Assembly: GCA_016927325.1 (NCBI GenBank)
Contig: JAFGMY010000079.1
Span: 1 to 54,921 of the forward strand
Length of the DNA stretch: 54,921 nucleotides
Origin: Actinomycetota bacterium
GTDB taxonomy: Bacteria > Actinomycetota > Geothermincolia > Fen-727 > Anoxymicrobiaceae
Direction of reading: 5' to 3'
Shown: positions 51,349 to 54,921 of the stretch, one piece after another
How the letters are laid out: every line of letters begins with the position of its first letter
How positions within the stretch are numbered: position 1 is the stretch's first letter
Translations under genes and position numbers: made by a program
The notes under the pieces: model-generated
Database searches by the model: none
Told to the model about the DNA's origin: nothing
The model's input: the letters and a program-made list of their open reading frames with translations, nothing else

Positions 51349-53643
51349 TTATTCGTCAGTTGTTGAAGAACCGTTGTCTTCCAGTTTTTGACGGGCCGAA
51401 GGTCCGTAAGCTCCGGTTTTATCCAGTTCTATAACCTTCACGTATTTTGTTTGTGCTTCTCTTGGCCGTCCCAGACCAGTGAGAGTATCACCATACACGA
51501 GGTAAGCTTTCGCGTTCCCCGGGTCCATTTCGACCGCCTTTTCAATCTCGCGGAGAGCCGCGGGGAAGTTGCCTGCCATATTCAAGACTTCCGCGAGATC
51601 GATGTAATAACTTACCGTGTCCGGCTTAAAAGCTATTAGCTTGTCGAGTTCCGCTATCGCCTGCGGATACCGGCCGGTTGCCGTGTATGCCATGGCAAGG
51701 CTCGGGGAAAGGAAGTCGGGGTCGATCTTACGGGCACCGGGGAGTATCCGGACCGTTTCTTCATAGTTTTCTTCCTTGTTGAGAGACAGGCCGAGAAGCT
51801 CAAAAGCGTTTGAGAATGTGTTGCAGCTGTACAGGGTGGGAACGTAGATGTTTTTCATGAACTTTTCAATGGTGTCTTCATAAACCGAGGTTGCCTCCGG
51901 GAGCATTTTCTTCGACAGAAGAACATTGGCTTTGAACAGCATCGGAAGAAGCACCGATTCGCGGGCGTCGGTGTCCACGTTTTCACTGAAACTGCCTTTA
52001 TTGGAGTATTTCGCGGCTGTGTTGTTGTTCAAATCCGGCTCAACGCCCGGAGGTAAGATGCGGACGAGGTACCCAGACCAGGAAACGTTCCAGTTGAACT
52101 CCACAAAATTGCTTACAGCAGAAAACATATTAAGGAATCCCAGGTTCCTTTGCACGATATTAATGTAATCGAGGGCCGCCGGGTCGGGCTTGTGCCCGGT
52201 ACGCGTTCTTAAAAGGAGATCCGAACCTCGAAAACCCGGGACTGTTGTCGCTTCGGGTATCACAAGCCGGGCCTCCGGATTTACTCCCTCGACCGTCTGC
52301 ATGTACATGCAGGGAAAGAAAATGTTGTCGTCCTCGAAGAATACGATTGATTCGGGGCCCGCAGTATCCAGTATATCCCGGGCCATATCCTCTGCGTAAG
52401 TGTAGCGGCTCTTGTCGATCTTGCCGTAGTGGATCAAACATGAAACCACCGGGCAAAGGGCAAGGATAAAAATGACCGATACGAGTGAGGCCTTTCCCGC
52501 GGCTTTCCATGCCGTGTGCTTGAAAGATCCGGCCATTTTCACGGCCCCGGCTGCGGCGAAGCCGATCCACAGCGAAAATATCATGTAGCTGGGATAGTAG
52601 AAATGGGCCCTCAACACCGGCTCCAGCTGGCTGTAGGTCATTACCGGCAAAAGGGCGAGAATGAACAGAAACAGGAAGAACAACGGGTACTTCCTGCGCT
52701 TGTCGAACACAGAGTAGATAAATCCGGCGCCCCCCAGCCAGGCGAAGTACGGGAACTCGGTGTTGAGTGTTCCGAAGTATCGCCAGAAACGTGATGGCAG
52801 GTAAAGATAGGGGTATTTAAAGAGACCGCTTCTCTGGTGGCGGAATGTGACATGCTCAAACCATCGGGCGGGGGTGGAAGGGTCTCCGTAGTTATAGGCG
52901 GGGCCGCGGAAAGCGGCTGCTGGTTCGTAAATGTAAGGTAGAAGGCCGAGTGCAAGAAACGCCGCCATTCTAAGCAGGTTGCGGGGCGCGAGTGCGTCTT
53001 TCCAGCTTGTGTCAATGAAGAAGAAGACGAACGCGGGCAGCAGAAACAGGGTCGTTATGTGATTGGATATGGCCAGCCCGAAACTGAAAGCGAAGAGACA
53101 GAGAATATTGTCGGCTTTTTTCCTGTTTTCATCCTTGATGGAGCTTTCCCACTTGAGTGCAAGGAGAATGAGAAGTGCCATGAAGAATGTATTCAGGCTG
53201 TAAGTCTCGGGGATCACGGTCTGGTACCAGTAGGAGTAGCTGAATGAGAAGGCCAGCGCTCCAACGATTCCACCCGTGCGGCTCCGGTAAATCCTGAAGA
53301 TTATGAGGTACATCAGGCATGCGGTAAGCGAAGCGAAAAGGCCGGAGTACAAGCTTACCCTGAACGCCAGGGGGCCTACGGGGAAGAGCAGGGTGAAAAG
53401 CCTGGCGGTAATCATATACAACGGAGAGCCGGGGCCGTGGATGTTGCCGGTGGTGGCAATACCGAGAAGGAAGTCTCCCGAATCGGAAAACGTGACGGTC
53501 CGTGCCGCAGGCAGAATATGAAGGATAATGGTTAGAATGAACAAAAAGATTAGTATAAGACGGTTGTCTATGTTCCCGCCGGGGAAAGCAGCCGCCTTGA
53601 TTTTCTTGAAGTCTGAAATGGAGGCACTCTTTATTTTCAGCAT
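51349..53643 (-). CDS. DUF2723 / TMEM260-like GT-C membrane glycosyltransferase with C-terminal TPRs
   Basis: DSGDF acidic motif after TM1, IHGPGSPLY, WYQTVIPETYSL, AISNH, YNYGDP, DNIFFP..YMQ; many TM helices; TPR-like C-terminus. Confidence 0.8.
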   Translation of the reverse strand: MLKIKSASISDFKKIKAAAFPGGNIDNRLILIFLFILTIILHILPAARTVTFSDSGDFLLGIATTGNIHGPGSPLYMITARLFTLLFPVGPLAFRVSLYSGLFASLTACLMYLIIFRIYRSRTGGIVGALAFSFSYSYWYQTVIPETYSLNTFFMALLILLALKWESSIKDENRKKADNILCLFAFSFGLAISNHITTLFLLPAFVFFFIDTSWKDALAPRNLLRMAAFLALGLLPYIYEPAAAFRGPAYNYGDPSTPARWFEHVTFRHQRSGLFKYPYLYLPSRFWRYFGTLNTEFPYFAWLGGAGFIYSVFDKRRKYPLFFLFLFILALLPVMTYSQLEPVLRAHFYYPSYMIFSLWIGFAAAGAVKMAGSFKHTAWKAAGKASLVSVIFILALCPVVSCLIHYGKIDKSRYTYAEDMARDILDTAGPESIVFFEDDNIFFPCMYMQTVEGVNPEARLVIPEATTVPGFRGSDLLLRTRTGHKPDPAALDYINIVQRNLGFLNMFSAVSNFVEFNWNVSWSGYLVRILPPGVEPDLNNNTAAKYSNKGSFSENVDTDARESVLLPMLFKANVLLSKKMLPEATSVYEDTIEKFMKNIYVPTLYSCNTFSNAFELLGLSLNKEENYEETVRILPGARKIDPDFLSPSLAMAYTATGRYPQAIAELDKLIAFKPDTVSYYIDLAEVLNMAGNFPAALREIEKAVEMDPGNAKAYLVYGDTLTGLGRPREAQTKYVKVIELDKTGAYGPSARQKLEDNGSSTTDE

Positions 53644-53799
53644 GAAAAGATTATAGACCGGGACAATGCGATTTAAAAAGCCCGGTGGTTACTTTCAGGC
53701 AAACGTGAGGTTGTATTTTTTAAACGCAACTCCGGGAACTATGCTTTATCAGACTTGTAACGGCGGGGAAAGATCAGTGGAAACTGAAGGAGACATCAA

Positions 53800-54723
53800 T
53801 TGACCTGGTTTTATTATCTGGTTGCGGCGGGCTTCGGCCTTATACTCGGCAGCTTCTTCAATGTTTGTATCTACAGGATACCGATCGGGATGACCCTGGG
53901 TGACAGGTCTATTTGCCCCCACTGCGGCGCCGGTGTCAAATGGTATGATAACGTGCCGCTTGCAAGTTTTGTCGCCCTCCGGGGCAAATGTCGTAGCTGT
54001 AAAGGCCGGATCTCGTGGCGCTACCCGCTGGTAGAGGCCTTGAGCGGCGCCTTGTTTGCCTCCACTTACTGGTGGAGCATTAATGTCGTCCCGGATTACC
54101 TGGGGGTAGAAGGCGGTCCGTTCGTGCCCGAGCTTCTGATCGGCCTGCTTTTTATCTCAATATTGCTGATAGTCGCGTTTATTGACTATGACCACGGCAT
54201 TATCCCGAATGTGGTGATTATTCCAGGCGCGGCCGCCATGTTTTTTCTTGTGGTCGGAGTATCCATATATAGAGAAGATCCGATCAGGATCGCACAGGCT
54301 GCGGCTACCGGTATACTGTTCGCCGTGTTTCTATTCTTAATCGGCTTGATTGTCGGAACCGCGGTATTGAAGGGTGCCGAGCAAGAAGAGGCAGACAGTA
54401 AAGAAGATGTGGGCCCCTTCAGGTACAGTGAAAAGCATTGTAAAGATGATGACAACGGGGAAGAGGAGGAAGACGAACTGCCGCTGGCACTCGGTTTCGG
54501 CGACCTTAAACTTGCGTTGTTCATGGGTCTTGCCCTCGGGTATTTCAACTGGTTTTTTATCCTTGTCGCTGTCATCACCGGTTGTGTTTTGTCATTAATA
54601 ATTGCCATAATTTACCAGATTCCAGGAAGAAAAAAAATTACTTTTGGACCGTTCCTTGCTGTTGGATCCATTGTGGCCCTTTACTGGGGGCCATACTTCT
54701 ATCAGTTGCTCTTTCACTATTAA
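53800..54723 (+). CDS. pilD: Prepilin peptidase/N-methyltransferase (A24)
   Basis: GSFFNVCIYRIP, SICPHC, GKCRSC, catalytic FIDYD and GFGDLKL, FGPFL. Confidence 0.95.
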   Translation: MTWFYYLVAAGFGLILGSFFNVCIYRIPIGMTLGDRSICPHCGAGVKWYDNVPLASFVALRGKCRSCKGRISWRYPLVEALSGALFASTYWWSINVVPDYLGVEGGPFVPELLIGLLFISILLIVAFIDYDHGIIPNVVIIPGAAAMFFLVVGVSIYREDPIRIAQAAATGILFAVFLFLIGLIVGTAVLKGAEQEEADSKEDVGPFRYSEKHCKDDDNGEEEEDELPLALGFGDLKLALFMGLALGYFNWFFILVAVITGCVLSLIIAIIYQIPGRKKITFGPFLAVGSIVALYWGPYFYQLLFHY

Positions 54724-54841
54724 GTTGAAGATGTAGTGTTATTCACAACCCTAAAGTACAAGGTTTAGTGTTCTTCAATCAGCACCCAAATCCACCGGTT
54801 TTGTAAAGCATGAGTTTTTTTTAAAAAGATGAGCTTATTTA

Positions 54842-54870
54842 CTAAAGTTTGCTACTAAAGTTGACGAAAG
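54842..54870 (+). promoter_or_regulatory. Putative sigma-28-type promoter for the next gene (outside the window)
   Basis: CTAAAG-N15-GACGAAAG, with the -35 reading TAAAGTTT. Confidence 0.5.
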
Positions 54871-54876
54871 AGAAGA

Positions 54877-54906
54877 TTGACAAATAGGGTAGCAGTGATT
54901 GATAAT
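54877..54906 (+). promoter_or_regulatory. Putative sigma70 promoter for the next gene
   Basis: TTGACA-N18-GATAAT. Confidence 0.5.
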
Positions 54907-54921
54907 TTTATCCTACAGTTA

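Noticed and set aside
53697-53740. GGCAAAC...ACGCAAC upstream of pilD, resembling a c-di-GMP-I riboswitch
   Set aside because: No GNRA-capped P2 stem and no P3 with tetraloop receptor

Overview
Bacterial chromosome segment with about 48 CDS. I see no rRNA, tRNA, CRISPR array or mobile element. The gene order pdxS-pdxT-yebC-ruvCAB-yajC-secDF-rel-MBL hydrolase-hisS-aspS ... alaS-ruvX-mltG ... aroE ... prepilin peptidase is the classic actinobacterial backbone, so the host is probably a deep-branching, possibly anaerobic, Actinomycetota (inference). The left part carries a homocitrate-synthase-family gene and an aminotransferase, a feoA-feoA-feoB-feoC-dtxR operon with its own palindromic operator, lemA/htpX and a stand-alone CbbQ/NorQ + VWA pair. 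The middle holds housekeeping and queuosine genes and acs/satP. The right third is the most interesting: a type IVa pilus locus (aroE-pilB-pilT-pilC-pilA-pilA-[inverted DUF2723/TMEM260-like glycosyltransferase]-pilD). It is preceded by a three-gene cassette encoding a Roadblock/MglB-like protein, a 1420-aa DUF4388 protein with a very large acidic repeat region, and an MglA/CvnD-like small GTPase with Leu in place of the catalytic Gln. Four sigma-28 (WhiG/FliA)-like promoters with identical spacing and an MshEN motif in PilB suggest c-di-GMP-linked control of the pilus system. All family calls are by motif recognition, not database search.
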